A stretch of DNA of 33,604 nt, from contig CAZOFZ010000005.1 in the NCBI GenBank assembly GCA_964579175.1, positions 1 through 33,604 on the forward strand, written 5' to 3'. Every line of letters starts with the position of its first letter. Within the stretch, counting starts at the first letter, position 1. The position numbers and the translations under genes were made by a program. A model generated the notes under the pieces. That model made no database searches. It was not told where the DNA came from and saw nothing but the letters and a program-made list of their open reading frames with translations. The DNA is from an uncultured Nitrospirota bacterium. GTDB taxonomy: Bacteria > Nitrospirota > Nitrospiria > SBBL01 > CAZOFZ01. This document shows positions 16,855 through 26,796 of this stretch, piece by piece.

Positions 16855-18705
16855 TCAATGATAGAGATGGATCGCTTCGTCAGCCGCCGTGTTTTCCAGC
16901 ACCTCTTCCAGTGTGGTGACGCCCCCCCTCACCTTTTCAAGGCCGCTTCGCCGAAGGGTTTTCATGCCGAGTGCCACCGCCTGCTTTTTGATTTCATCGC
17001 TGGACGCGTTGCGTAAAACAAGGCTTCTGATCGCTTCCCGCATCGGCAAGACTTCGTACAGCGCCACGCGCCCCTTATAACCCGTCTTGTTGCACACTTC
17101 GCACCCTTTTGCCTGATAGATGGAAAGGCCCGCCAGTTCCGCTTCCCTGAATCCGGCCTTCAGAAGGAGGTCTGGACGAATGGGAGCGATCGCCCTGCAT
17201 TGCAAGCAGAGTTTCCGGGTCAGGCGCTGTGCGATGATGAGCACCATGGACGAGGCGACCAGAAAGGGTGCGATATTCATGTCCAGCAAACGGTTGATCG
17301 TGCCGGGTGCGTCGTTGGTGTGAAGCGTGGATAAGACCAGATGGCCGGTGAGTGCGGCCTTGATCGCGATTTCGGCCGTTTCGTGATCCCGAATCTCTCC
17401 CACCATGATCACGTCCGGGTCTTGTCGCAAGAACGCGCGCATCGCGGAAGCAAAATTCAGGCCAATCTCTTCTTTCATCTGGACTTGGTTGATCCCCTTG
17501 ATATTATATTCGACGGGGTCCTCCGCCGTCATGATATTGACCTCCTGCGTGTTGAGCGTGCTGAGTGCGGAATAGAGGGTGGTCGTCTTGCCGCTCCCCG
17601 TGGGACCGGTGACCACAATCATGCCATACGGCATACTCAAGGCCTCCTGGAAACTCGACAACGCTTCCGGTTCAAAACCCAACTGGGCCAAATCGAGTTG
17701 GAGATTGCCCTTGTCCAGAATGCGCATCACCACTTTTTCGCCGAACAGGCAGGGTACCGTGGAGACACGGAAATCAACCTCCTTGTTTTTTCCAAGCCTG
17801 AGCTTGATCCGACCATCCTGCGGGAGACGCCGTTCGGTAATATCCAGCTTGGACATGATCTTCAAGCGAGAAACGACCGCGTTTCGGATTTTGATGGGGA
17901 GGGAGAGCGTGGTTTTCATCACGCCGTCTATCCTCAAGCGAATCCGGAGGGCGGTCTCGAGGGGTTCCACGTGAATATCGCTGGCGCCGACTTTAATGCC
18001 ATTGATCAGGAAGCCGTTCACAAGCCTTACGATGGGGGCCTCGACATCTTTCAGGAGACCCTCGTCCTGGACTTCGTCCACGACGTTAACGGTGTCGAGG
18101 GCATCCCCCACGACCGTATCGAAATCCTCGACCGATACCATCATATCTTCGATCTCGATGCCACCCGCCGCCGAATCGTCCGAGGTATCCAGGGTGTAGT
18201 CTTTGGCCTCGATGGATCCGAGCTTGCCGGATTCCCGGGGTGCCGCCTCCTTTCCACCGCCACCGTATTGATCGATTTTTTTGAGGACTGCGGACTCGGC
18301 GGCCACCAAGGGTTCGACGTTATAGCCGGTCATGAACTTGACGTCGTCAATCGCAAAAACGTTGGTGGGATCCGCCATCGCCAGGCGCAGAATGGCGCCC
18401 TGCCGATTGACAGGGAAAATGCAGTGTTTCTTGAGGACTTCCTGCGGAATGAGCTTGACGAGCGCCGGATCAACCGATGTATTGGGGAGGTCTATGGACG
18501 GGAGACCATGTTGTTGGCTCAATACTTGCGTGAGTGCCGTCTCGGTCACCCACTGTAAGCGGACCAGGATGCTACCCAGACGTCCCCCCTCTTTCTTCTG
18601 GATGGACAGGGCCTTCTGGAGTTGATCTTCGGTAATGAGCCGGGTACTTACAAGCAGCCGTCCCAGTTTTTCGGAACGCGCCACGGATACGGTCATCGGT
18701 CTCAT
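16855..18705 (-). CDS. pilB: Type IV pilus assembly ATPase PilB with N-terminal MshEN-like domain
   Basis: ASDIHVEP, ERRLPQDGRI, GPTGSGKTTTLY, AEDPVEY, LRQDPD, CxxC...CxxC zinc site, GYKGR. Start is 18705 or 18696. Confidence 0.95.
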   Translation of the reverse strand: MRPMTVSVARSEKLGRLLVSTRLITEDQLQKALSIQKKEGGRLGSILVRLQWVTETALTQVLSQQHGLPSIDLPNTSVDPALVKLIPQEVLKKHCIFPVNRQGAILRLAMADPTNVFAIDDVKFMTGYNVEPLVAAESAVLKKIDQYGGGGKEAAPRESGKLGSIEAKDYTLDTSDDSAAGGIEIEDMMVSVEDFDTVVGDALDTVNVVDEVQDEGLLKDVEAPIVRLVNGFLINGIKVGASDIHVEPLETALRIRLRIDGVMKTTLSLPIKIRNAVVSRLKIMSKLDITERRLPQDGRIKLRLGKNKEVDFRVSTVPCLFGEKVVMRILDKGNLQLDLAQLGFEPEALSSFQEALSMPYGMIVVTGPTGSGKTTTLYSALSTLNTQEVNIMTAEDPVEYNIKGINQVQMKEEIGLNFASAMRAFLRQDPDVIMVGEIRDHETAEIAIKAALTGHLVLSTLHTNDAPGTINRLLDMNIAPFLVASSMVLIIAQRLTRKLCLQCRAIAPIRPDLLLKAGFREAELAGLSIYQAKGCEVCNKTGYKGRVALYEVLPMREAIRSLVLRNASSDEIKKQAVALGMKTLRRSGLEKVRGGVTTLEEVLENTAADEAIHLYH

Positions 18706-18787
18706 AATCGGTGTCCTATAATGGGGTCACGCATCAAAAATGATGGGAAGGTGGATAAGCCCCTGAAGTCGTAGCGACGACAGGCAG

Positions 18788-18817
18788 AGTGTATCGAAGG
18801 GGTCCCACCCCTGTCAA
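18788..18817 (-). promoter_or_regulatory. Putative sigma70 promoter of pilB-pilT
   Basis: Minus strand TTGACA, 18 nt, TACACT. Confidence 0.55.
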
Positions 18818-18859
18818 TTTGACGCCTGGAAGAGGAGAGCCTTGGAGCGCACGGGAGAG

Positions 18860-19519
18860 CTACCGTCTGTAATGCGACACCTCTTTCTTCCTGAAAACAG
18901 GGATCAGTAACATACCCGCCAGAAATCCGCCAATGTGCGCAAACCAGGCAACGCCACCCGCCTGGTTTGGAGAAAATAGGCCGTTGGCCAATTGAACGAC
19001 GATCCAGAGACCCAGCACCAACAGTGCCGGCACATGCACCATTTGCGTGAAGAAGCCTAATGGGATCAGCGTGAGTACCCGTGCATGGGGGAAGAGAACG
19101 AGGTAGGCCCCCAATACGCCGGAGACGGCACCGCTGGCCCCGACCATCGGCACCTGCGAGGCCGGTTCGACCAGGGCGTGCCCGTAAACGGCCACGATAC
19201 CGCAAATCAGATAAAAGAGGATGAAACGACCCGGCCCCATTACGTCTTCGATATTGTTTCCGAAAATCCAGAGATAGAGCATGTTCCCGCCGACATGCAG
19301 CATACCCGCATGGAGAAACATGGAGGTGAAAACGGTCATCGGGGGAATCGGCGTATTCTGCATCAGAACGGAGGGGACCGCACCGTAGGAGACAATCAGT
19401 TGTTCAACGTGCGCGCCCAGCGAAGCTTCATAGAAGAAGACGAGCAGATTCACCGCAACCAACCCCATCGTTATCCAGGGCGTCGAACGGGTTGGAAGGT
19501 CGTCCTTAATGGGGATCAT
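18860..19519 (-). CDS. Rhomboid family intramembrane serine protease
   Basis: TSMFLHAG..H..GNML, GASGAV catalytic Ser, AWFAHIGGF catalytic His. Confidence 0.93.
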   Translation of the reverse strand: MIPIKDDLPTRSTPWITMGLVAVNLLVFFYEASLGAHVEQLIVSYGAVPSVLMQNTPIPPMTVFTSMFLHAGMLHVGGNMLYLWIFGNNIEDVMGPGRFILFYLICGIVAVYGHALVEPASQVPMVGASGAVSGVLGAYLVLFPHARVLTLIPLGFFTQMVHVPALLVLGLWIVVQLANGLFSPNQAGGVAWFAHIGGFLAGMLLIPVFRKKEVSHYRR

Positions 19520-19552
19520 CGTAGCGTCGGCAAGGTTTCCAGGATATGCAAT

Positions 19553-19593
19553 AAATAGGGAGGGGGTAGGGGGCCGTGCCCTCTACCCCCTCC
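19553..19593 (-). terminator. Hairpin/terminator downstream of rnpB
   Basis: Minus strand GGAGGGGGTAG-AGGGCACGGCCCC-CTACCCCCTCC followed by CTATTTATT. Confidence 0.6.
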
Positions 19594-19595
19594 GT

Positions 19596-19981
19596 CCGAG
19601 TCGTCCATAAGCCGAGTTCTGTTCCCCGAAGGGTGATGATCATTCCTCTTTGACCGTCCGTTGCCGGCCGGTTCGTGCGACCGAACCCGAGAGCGCCGGG
19701 CGGGCCACCCTTCGCCAAGAGGCGTCCACCTCCTGTCTGCTCTTCTATTTGGTCTTGCTCCGGGTGGGGTTTGCCGTGCCTTTGACGTCGCCGCCAAAGC
19801 GGTGAGCTCTTACCTCGCCGTTTCACCCTTACCCTGAATACGAACGTATTCCGGGCGGTTTATTTTCTGTTGCGCTTTCCTTGGAGTCGCCCCCAGTCGC
19901 CGTTAGCGACCACCCTGCCCTGTGGAGCTCGGACTTTCCTCCCCCCGTCATGGACGGGGCGCGATCATCTGTGCAACTCGG
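19596..19981 (-). ncRNA. rnpB: RNase P RNA (class A)
   Basis: Minus strand GAGGAAAGTCCGAGCTCCA, GGAAAGCGCAACAGAAA, GGGTGAAACGG..GGTAAGAGC, GGCAAACCCCACCCGGAGCAA, ACAGAACTCGGCTTA; ends pair (CCGAGTTG/CGACTCGG). Confidence 0.97.
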
Positions 19982-20408
19982 CCCTGCCATTATTACCCAC
20001 TCGGCCTCTCTTGTCGAGGGCCGCATTCGCCAACGCATCGGCTTCGGTGTTCTGCGCCCTGGGAATGTGATGAAACTGGACCACCGGAAGAAGCCGGCAC
20101 AGACAGCGTGCACGCTCCACAAGTGCAAGCAGATGGCCGCTTTTCACCCGATATTGCCCCACTATCTGGCGGACCACCAGTTGGGAGTCCATGTAGACGG
20201 CAATCTCCGTCGGCGCAAAGCGTGGGGCCGTCTCCAATGCCCGAATCAGGGCCATGTATTCCGCAATATTGTTGGTGGCAACGCCAATGTATTCAGAGAG
20301 GGTATCCAGCACCGCGCCCTGGTCGTCTTTGAGTACGACGCCAATTGCAGCTTCGCCGGGATTTCCCCGCGATGCACCATCGGTGTAAATGGCCAATTTC
20401 CGGGGCAT
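19965..20408 (-). CDS. rnhA: Ribonuclease HI family protein
   Basis: YTDGASRGNPG, TNNIAEY, DSQLVV, HIPRAQNTEADALAN. Confidence 0.92.
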   Translation of the reverse strand: MPRKLAIYTDGASRGNPGEAAIGVVLKDDQGAVLDTLSEYIGVATNNIAEYMALIRALETAPRFAPTEIAVYMDSQLVVRQIVGQYRVKSGHLLALVERARCLCRLLPVVQFHHIPRAQNTEADALANAALDKRGRVGNNGRAELHR

Positions 20409-20413
20409 GGACG

Positions 20414-21115
20414 CTACACCACGACATATAAGAAACGATTGCAATAGGTGCAGGTCAACATCTTCTCCCGCATCTTGACCTCCGCAATCAGCTGGGGCGG
20501 AAGACGATAATGACACCCCCCGCAGATGTTATCCTCGATCTGCGTAACCGCCGATCCTTTCTGCACAATCAGCCGCTTATATTCCGAAAGAAGCCTCGGC
20601 TCCACCCCTGCGGACTGCGTGGCCCAGGCCGCTTCGATCTGTCTTTCCGATTCCGCATCCGCTCGGAGCCGTGCGTCCATCTGCTCTCGTGTAGCCGCGA
20701 ATTGGACCTCTTCCGCCATCACCGAGGTTTCCTGAATCCGTAGCGCTTTTTTGATCTGATCCACTTGCTCCATGCCCAGCAGTAATTGCTCTTCGATATT
20801 GCCCTGTTCGCGCTTGGCGGCTTCGATTTCGTGCAGATGCGCCTGATATTCCTTGTTGGTCTTCAGGTCGGTCAAGCGGCGCTTCGATTTGGCGATCTTC
20901 TCTTCGCAGAGGGCCAGTTCCAGTTCGTTCTTCTTTTTTTCTTTGTTGGCCAACTCAAACGCGGAACGGGTCTTTTCAAGTTCCGTTTTGGCACGATCCA
21001 GTTGTTTCGTCGCCGCGTCTATTTTTTCCGGAATCCTCTTTTGTTCCGCCCTGACTTGATGGAGTTTCTGATCCAAGACTTGCAGTTGAATCAGTAACGT
21101 CAATTGATCACTCAC
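20414..21115 (-). CDS. C4-type zinc-ribbon coiled-coil protein (DUF164/HP0958-like)
   Basis: LIQLQVLD, KTNKEYQA, C-terminal CGGC...CTYCNRFLY; GTG start after GGAG; usual neighbour of rnhA/rnpB. Confidence 0.9.
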   Translation of the reverse strand: MSDQLTLLIQLQVLDQKLHQVRAEQKRIPEKIDAATKQLDRAKTELEKTRSAFELANKEKKKNELELALCEEKIAKSKRRLTDLKTNKEYQAHLHEIEAAKREQGNIEEQLLLGMEQVDQIKKALRIQETSVMAEEVQFAATREQMDARLRADAESERQIEAAWATQSAGVEPRLLSEYKRLIVQKGSAVTQIEDNICGGCHYRLPPQLIAEVKMREKMLTCTYCNRFLYVVV

Positions 21116-21173
21116 TCGATACTCCAGACTCCCCCGCTCCATCTTTATTAAAGGGGAAGAAGGGGGAAAAGGG

Positions 21174-21246
21174 TGGGCCCACCAGGATTCGAACCTGGGA
21201 CCAACCGGTTATGAGCCGGCGGCTCTAACCGCTGAGCTATGGGCCC
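21174..21246 (-). tRNA. tRNA with CAT anticodon, most likely tRNA-Ile2 (lysidine)
   Basis: GGGCCCATAGCTCAGCGGTTAGAGC...CT-CAT-AA...GGTTCGAATCC...TGGGCCCA. G1-C72 pair argues against initiator; position after rpoD matches E. coli ileX; CCA not encoded. Confidence 0.9.
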
Positions 21247-21252
21247 ATATTA

Positions 21253-21422
21253 AGGGGGGCTCACGTCGCCCCCTCCACCGGCAGAGCCGGATGGAGCCTC
21301 CCCCTCAAACTGCAAAAACACCGTCCAATCAGGGGACTCGCGTCGCCCCTCGCAGGGCATGATGCCCCCGCAGGGCACGTTGCCCTCCACCGGCAGGGCC
21401 GGATGGGGCCTCCCCAAACCGC
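21253..21422. repeat. Two tandem copies of palindromic family B
   Basis: 21253-21313 and 21331-21422 share GGGGnCTCnCGTCGCCCCT...CCTCCACCGGCAGnGCCGGATGGnGCCTCCCC..AAACnGC with each other and closely resemble the envC insert. Confidence 0.85.
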
Positions 21423-21464
21423 ACAAAACCATGTCCCGCTACATTCAAAAGGGGCTCGCGGCTG

Positions 21465-23303
21465 TTAAACGCCAATCAGGCCTTCGACGAAGCTTTTGAG
21501 GCGGTTGCTTCGGCTGGGGTGCCGTAATTTCCGAAGGGCCTTGGCCTCGATCTGACGGATGCGTTCCCGCGTCACCTCAAAGTCCTGCCCGACTTCCTCC
21601 AGGGTGTGGTCCGTCGCCTCACCGATGCCAAAACGTTTGCGGAGGACCATCTCTTCGCGGGGCATCAGGGTTTGAAGCACACTGTTGATCTGACGCTGTA
21701 GATCGTGTCGGATGGAGGCATCCAGTGGAGAGACCACCCGTTTGTCTTCAATGAAATCGCCCAGATGAGAATCCTCTTCTTCCCCGATGGGGGTCTCCAG
21801 GGAAATCGGTTCTTTCGCAATTTTTAAGGTTTTTCGGACCTTCTCCAGCGGGAGGTCCATCCGCTCGGCCACCTCTTCGGGGGTCGGCTCTCGACCCAAT
21901 TCCTGTACTAGTTGTCGGGAAGTCCGAACCAGCTTATTGATTGTCTCGATCATATGCACGGGGATACGGATCGTTCGGGCCTGATCCGCGATCGCACGTG
22001 TAATGGCCTGCCGAATCCACCAGGTCGCATAGGTGGAAAATTTGTATCCCCGTTTATATTCAAACTTGTCCACGGCCTTCATCAGGCCAATGTTGCCCTC
22101 CTGGATCAGGTCTAAAAATTGAAGTCCCCGATTCGTATACTTCTTGGCAATGCTCACCACCAGCCGCAGGTTCGCCTCCACCAATTCGCTTTTGGAGCAT
22201 TTGACTTTCTGCTCCGCCTGGGACAAACGCCGCACCGATTCTTTGAGTTCTTCCGCCGACACCAGGGCGTTCTCTTCCACCTGTCGGATTTTTTTACGCG
22301 CGGCGCGATAAGACTGCTCAATCTCCAGAATCTCCGACTCCGAAAGGTTCAGTCGCTTCTCCGCGGCGCGCATTTCACGCCGGCCTTTTCGCACCTCCCG
22401 GAAGAATGCGCTCAGGTCTTCGCTCACGCTGCCACACCGCCTGCAACAGAGCCCAATCTCGCGTTCGGCATGCGATACGACATCCACCATTTCGTGCAGT
22501 TTCTGGATCAGCTTCGCGATCACCTGCGGGTGTAGATTGAGCGCTTCGATCTTTTCGACCATCCGCTGCCGCGCCGTGGCCAGCATCTCTTTCGCCAGTT
22601 TTCGATTCTTTAGCGTACGGCCCAGACGTCGGGCCTTCTCGGAAACCCGATCGAAAACGCGCTGGCCGTTTTTAACCTGGACCATGGCTTCCAAAACACG
22701 CGCCTTCAACCCCTCATGGCTCTGCTGATCCGTTTCAAATGCCTCTTCCTGGATGACGACGACATCTCCAAGGGCCACCGCCTCCGCGCGCAACGATTCG
22801 CCCAGATCCAACACCCCCCGGATGGACATGGGCAGACCGAATACAATCAGGGAAATTTCCTTCTTCCCCTCTTCGATTCGCTTGGCGATGACAATCTCTC
22901 CTTCGCGGGAGAGGAGGTGAACGGTCCCAATCTCTTTAAGGTAGAGCCGCACCGGGTCATCCGTCCGATGCATCACGCCAGGCGCCAAGTCTATCTCTTT
23001 ATCCTCCGTGTCTACCTCCTCTTCGGCGTCTTCCTCCCCTTCGGCCTCCTCGACCTTGGCGTCCCCTTCGATGTCCACTTCTCCCTCGGCCTCGACCGCT
23101 ATTTTTTGGAAGCGATCGGATTCTCCCGCCTCGACCACTTCAATGTCCATTTCACCGAACATCACCATAATGTCGTCGAGCTGGTCGGAAGAAAGGCTCT
23201 CCGCCGGCAGGGTGCTGTTCAACTCGTCATACGTCAGAAATCCCTTTTCTTTTCCCAGGGAAATCAGTTGTTTGACCTCTCCGATCTTTTCGTCTTTTGC
23301 CAT
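21465..23303 (-). CDS. rpoD: RNA polymerase primary sigma factor
   Basis: Region 1.1 [70 protein letters not shown]. Confidence 0.98.
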   Translation of the reverse strand: MAKDEKIGEVKQLISLGKEKGFLTYDELNSTLPAESLSSDQLDDIMVMFGEMDIEVVEAGESDRFQKIAVEAEGEVDIEGDAKVEEAEGEEDAEEEVDTEDKEIDLAPGVMHRTDDPVRLYLKEIGTVHLLSREGEIVIAKRIEEGKKEISLIVFGLPMSIRGVLDLGESLRAEAVALGDVVVIQEEAFETDQQSHEGLKARVLEAMVQVKNGQRVFDRVSEKARRLGRTLKNRKLAKEMLATARQRMVEKIEALNLHPQVIAKLIQKLHEMVDVVSHAEREIGLCCRRCGSVSEDLSAFFREVRKGRREMRAAEKRLNLSESEILEIEQSYRAARKKIRQVEENALVSAEELKESVRRLSQAEQKVKCSKSELVEANLRLVVSIAKKYTNRGLQFLDLIQEGNIGLMKAVDKFEYKRGYKFSTYATWWIRQAITRAIADQARTIRIPVHMIETINKLVRTSRQLVQELGREPTPEEVAERMDLPLEKVRKTLKIAKEPISLETPIGEEEDSHLGDFIEDKRVVSPLDASIRHDLQRQINSVLQTLMPREEMVLRKRFGIGEATDHTLEEVGQDFEVTRERIRQIEAKALRKLRHPSRSNRLKSFVEGLIGV

Positions 23304-25210
23304 CAAATCGTCTCCATGTCCGTGGGTTCCAACAAAAGGCTCAACTCTTTTTTAAGATTAAAAAATTTCTGCTGCAAGGTGCTGATTTTAAGCAGGTCTT
23401 GCTCTCTTTCCGCAAGCCGCAAGGATTGTTGAATGGCCCGCCCTTCCCGCTGGAGACCGCGTTTACGCAGGGAGACAATGCAGTCATGTAGCATCCACGC
23501 CAAGTTATCTTCACACGGCATGGATGCCACGGACAAACGGGCCAGGAACGGCAGATCTTCCACAGCAACGCGGTCATTTAAGCCGGTCAGATCCGTCGCC
23601 TCCCATCTCCCTGCGGTCGCGTTCCAGAAATGTTGCAGAATACTTCTGGTCTGGGGATGCGTAAAATCGTTCAGGCAGAGACGATCATTCAACGCGGAGG
23701 GGGGATATTTACCCTGGAGCAACAGCGTGAGGAGGAGTATCTCGTCCTGCATCAACACCGCTAGCTTCTCTCCCTGCGGAGGGGAGATCGTCGGCTGCTT
23801 GTGGCTTGGTTTGTGGCGGGAGAACGCGCTCCGAACGTCTTCTTCCGACACCCCAAAAGTATCGGCAAACATTTTGAGATAATGGCTCTGTTCGATCGTT
23901 GTTTTTAACTTTCCGATCAGCGGGAGGACCGCTTCCAGATGCAGGGCCTTCTCTTCAATGGAAAACGGGGAAAACGGGGAAAACGGGGCCGGGGATACGC
24001 GATCTGTCGTCCTGGGGGCGGCGTGTCGAATGAAGAATTCGATGGCAGGCACTGCGGCTTGAACCTGTTCCAGGAACCCCGTGCGGCCCTGCCGACGGAG
24101 ATACAGGTCTGGGTCTTCCCCCGCCGGGAGCGTGGCAATCCGCACCGGCATTCCTTTTTCCAGGCACAGCACGGCACCTCGCCGCGCGGCGCGCAGACCC
24201 GCATCGTCCGGGTCGAACAGCAGCACCACCGATTCGGCCACCCTCCGGATCAGATTCAGGTGGTCGGCGGTCAACGCGGTGCCCATCGTTCCTACAACGT
24301 TATAAACACCCGCCTGATGCGCCGCAATCACATCGAAGTAACCCTCCACGATGACCAGGGAGGAGGATTCGTTGTCCCGCTCTTTTCGCATGCGATGAAA
24401 CTGGTTCAAACCAAAGAGGTGCCTTCCTTTGACAAAGACGGGGGTTTCCGGGGTATTCAGATATTTGGGGTGCGAATCGTCCAGCACACGCCCCCCAAAT
24501 CCGACCACCTCCTCCTGACGTGTCCGGATCGGGAAAAGAATCCGATTCCGAAATCGGTCATAAAATCGCCCCCCACTCTCCGCCAAAGCCGTACGCGTGT
24601 CTGGGGCAACGAACCCCGCCGTCAAAAGAAGCTCCGCCGAGAACCTCCGTCCAAAATGCCGGGAGAAGTCATCCCAACCGGGAGGCGCGTAACCGATCAG
24701 GAACTGTTTGATCGTCTCCCGTGTAATACCCCGGCGCGTCAGATAGGCCATTGCGGTGGCCGCTTCCGATCGTTTTAGCAGGTTTTGGTGAAAGTAGTCG
24801 GCCGCCTCCCGATTGAGGGCATGAATCTGTTTGATCGTTGCATCGGTCGCATCGGATGCCGGGTCTGAATTCGAGACCCGGCCCTCTCGGAGGGGGAGGG
24901 GAATCCCCGCCTTCCCGGCCAGCTGCGACAGGGCTTCGGGAAAGGAAACGCCCGAAATCTTCATCAGGAACTGAAAAATATCTCCCCCAATGCCACACCC
25001 GAAACAGTGGAAGAGTTGTCGCCCGGGGCTGATGACAAACGACGGACTTTTTTCCGTATGAAATGGGCAAAGGCCGGTATAGTTCTGTCCCGACTTTTTA
25101 AGGACGAGATAGTCGGAGGCCAGCGAGACCAGATCGCTTCTCTCTCGAAGCGTTTCAACGAACCGTTTTTGATCCAGAACCCGAGGCTGTTCCAAAGAAT
25201 TCCGGTCCAA
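23303..25210 (-). CDS. dnaG: DNA primase
   Basis: [17 protein letters not shown] zinc finger, [33 protein letters not shown] and FDPDDAG. Start codon uncertain. Confidence 0.97.
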   Translation of the reverse strand: MDRNSLEQPRVLDQKRFVETLRERSDLVSLASDYLVLKKSGQNYTGLCPFHTEKSPSFVISPGRQLFHCFGCGIGGDIFQFLMKISGVSFPEALSQLAGKAGIPLPLREGRVSNSDPASDATDATIKQIHALNREAADYFHQNLLKRSEAATAMAYLTRRGITRETIKQFLIGYAPPGWDDFSRHFGRRFSAELLLTAGFVAPDTRTALAESGGRFYDRFRNRILFPIRTRQEEVVGFGGRVLDDSHPKYLNTPETPVFVKGRHLFGLNQFHRMRKERDNESSSLVIVEGYFDVIAAHQAGVYNVVGTMGTALTADHLNLIRRVAESVVLLFDPDDAGLRAARRGAVLCLEKGMPVRIATLPAGEDPDLYLRRQGRTGFLEQVQAAVPAIEFFIRHAAPRTTDRVSPAPFSPFSPFSIEEKALHLEAVLPLIGKLKTTIEQSHYLKMFADTFGVSEEDVRSAFSRHKPSHKQPTISPPQGEKLAVLMQDEILLLTLLLQGKYPPSALNDRLCLNDFTHPQTRSILQHFWNATAGRWEATDLTGLNDRVAVEDLPFLARLSVASMPCEDNLAWMLHDCIVSLRKRGLQREGRAIQQSLRLAEREQDLLKISTLQQKFFNLKKELSLLLEPTDMETI

Positions 25211-25268
25211 GGACCCAAGAACGAATAGGCGTCGCCACCATCGCGTGTGGCGACAAGGATAACTTTTG

Positions 25269-25298
25269 AAGATACCACAGTACGACCTCGTCTGTCAA
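25269..25298 (-). promoter_or_regulatory. Putative sigma70 promoter of dnaG-rpoD
   Basis: Minus strand TTGACA, 18 nt, TATCTT with TGTG extension. Confidence 0.55.
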
Positions 25299-25431
25299 AA
25301 ACAAACAGACGGCCAAGGATCGTGATTGATTGGAGTGAGCGGGATTTTTTCGGGTTGGCGGGGAGACAACAAATCCCCTCACGATATCGCGGTTTAAGGA
25401 GAATCTGCGGCGGGCAACGACGGAGCGCTTC

Positions 25432-26625
25432 TTATCGGACTGACGCCGACGAAGGGAAGTGCGACACGGACTCCCTTGGGCGAATGACGCCAGACAGATC
25501 GGTCTGCCTGAAATCGGCGCCGGTGATGTTCGCCTGTGTCAGGTTGGCCCCATCCAGAATCGCTCCCATGAGATTTGCCCCACTGAGGTTTGCCCCGTTG
25601 AGATGGGCCTTGTCCATTTGAGCGCCCTTCAAGTTGGCCCCGGAGAGATCGGCCCCGGAAAGATCGGCTTCCGTGAGGATCGTGCCGCTTAAGATGGCGC
25701 CTCCCAGACCGGCCTTACTCAAGTTGGATTTCGTCAGATCGGCGCGCGTCATGTTTGCGCCTCGCAGATCGACGCCGTTGATGTCAACAAATGCCATATC
25801 GGCCTCGATCAGGCTGGCCCCCCGCATATCCGCCCCCGTCAGCGTTGTGACCGTGACGGTATCGCTGCTGATGTCCGCGCCGCTTAAATTGACCCGGACC
25901 AGGTTGGTCCCGAACAGGTTGGCCCCTCGCAGATCGGCCTCCACGAGGAGCGCGCCACTTAAATTGGCCTCGAACAGGTTGGCGCCCCGCAGATCGGCTT
26001 CCACGAGACGTGCGCCACTCAAGTTTGCGCCTCCGAGGTCGGCCTTGTTGAGACTGGCCGCCGTCAGATTGGCGACACCCAGATCGGCACCGCCCAAACT
26101 GGCCTGATTGAGACTGACGCGGTTCAAATCGGCACCACTCAAATTGGCCCCCCGTAAATCGGCGCGCACCATGGCCGCACCACTCAAGTTGGCCCCCCGC
26201 AGATCGGCCCCTTCCATCGTGGAGGCACCCAGATTGGCCCCGCTTAAATCCGCACCCACCATCTGCGTTTTGACGATCCGGGCCCCACTGATGGAGGCGT
26301 TGTGTAACACCGCGCGATTCAACGTGGCATCATTCAGATTCGCGCCAGTCAAGGTTGAATTACTCAAGTTTGCGCCGTTTAGATTCGCATAGCTGAAATT
26401 GACACCACTTAAGTCCAGGTTGGAGAGGTCCAGCTTGGTCAGATTCTGTCGCGTGAAATCGCGCGCGCTTCTCAGCACCACATCCACCTGCTCACGGTCC
26501 AGCACAGGCATGCCTTCCATCGCCCAAACTCCCGTGGGCAGCAGGGCCAACACGCCGATCCATGCGTAGAGACATTCTCCAAACAACCGACGGACCCAGC
26601 CTGACGCACGCAATCCATATGACAT
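25432..26625 (-). CDS. Exported pentapeptide-repeat protein
   Basis: About 330 residues of A(D/N)LxG repeats after a signal-peptide-like N-terminus ending VWA; GAGGAGG before ATG 26625. Confidence 0.92.
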   Translation of the reverse strand: MSYGLRASGWVRRLFGECLYAWIGVLALLPTGVWAMEGMPVLDREQVDVVLRSARDFTRQNLTKLDLSNLDLSGVNFSYANLNGANLSNSTLTGANLNDATLNRAVLHNASISGARIVKTQMVGADLSGANLGASTMEGADLRGANLSGAAMVRADLRGANLSGADLNRVSLNQASLGGADLGVANLTAASLNKADLGGANLSGARLVEADLRGANLFEANLSGALLVEADLRGANLFGTNLVRVNLSGADISSDTVTVTTLTGADMRGASLIEADMAFVDINGVDLRGANMTRADLTKSNLSKAGLGGAILSGTILTEADLSGADLSGANLKGAQMDKAHLNGANLSGANLMGAILDGANLTQANITGADFRQTDLSGVIRPRESVSHFPSSASVR

Positions 26626-26669
26626 GGCACATCCTCCTCTCGTCACAATTTCCGATGCTATGGCTATAT

Positions 26670-26700
26670 GGGCACGTCTTGACGGTTTTTAGAGGTGCCC
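26670..26700. mobile_element. MITE family A, internally collapsed 31-bp copy
   Basis: GGGCACGTCT-TGACGGTTTTTAGAGGTGCCC: partial left end joined to the right 21 bp of the element, flanked by TATAT/ATATA. Confidence 0.75.
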
Positions 26701-26720
26701 ATATATGTATGTATTTTGGG

Positions 26721-26794
26721 TCGGGGCGACTGGATTTGAACCAGCGACCACTCGCACCCCAAGCGAGTGCGCTACCGGGCTGCGCTACGCCCCG
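26721..26794 (-). tRNA. tRNA-Pro(GGG)
   Basis: CGGGGCGTAGCGCAGCCCGGTAGCGC...CTCGC-TT-GGG-GT-GCGAG...GGTTCAAATCC...CGCCCCGA; follows merR-like gene as in the usual ihfA operon. Confidence 0.96.
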
Positions 26795-26796
26795 CC

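Noticed and set aside
21174-21246. Initiator tRNA-fMet
   Set aside because: Has a G1-C72 pair and lacks the GGG/CCC anticodon stem; elongator Met is not fully excluded.
21250-21432. 60-aa minus-strand ORF (also 4641-4835)
   Set aside because: Translations of repeat elements with no RBS or protein features.
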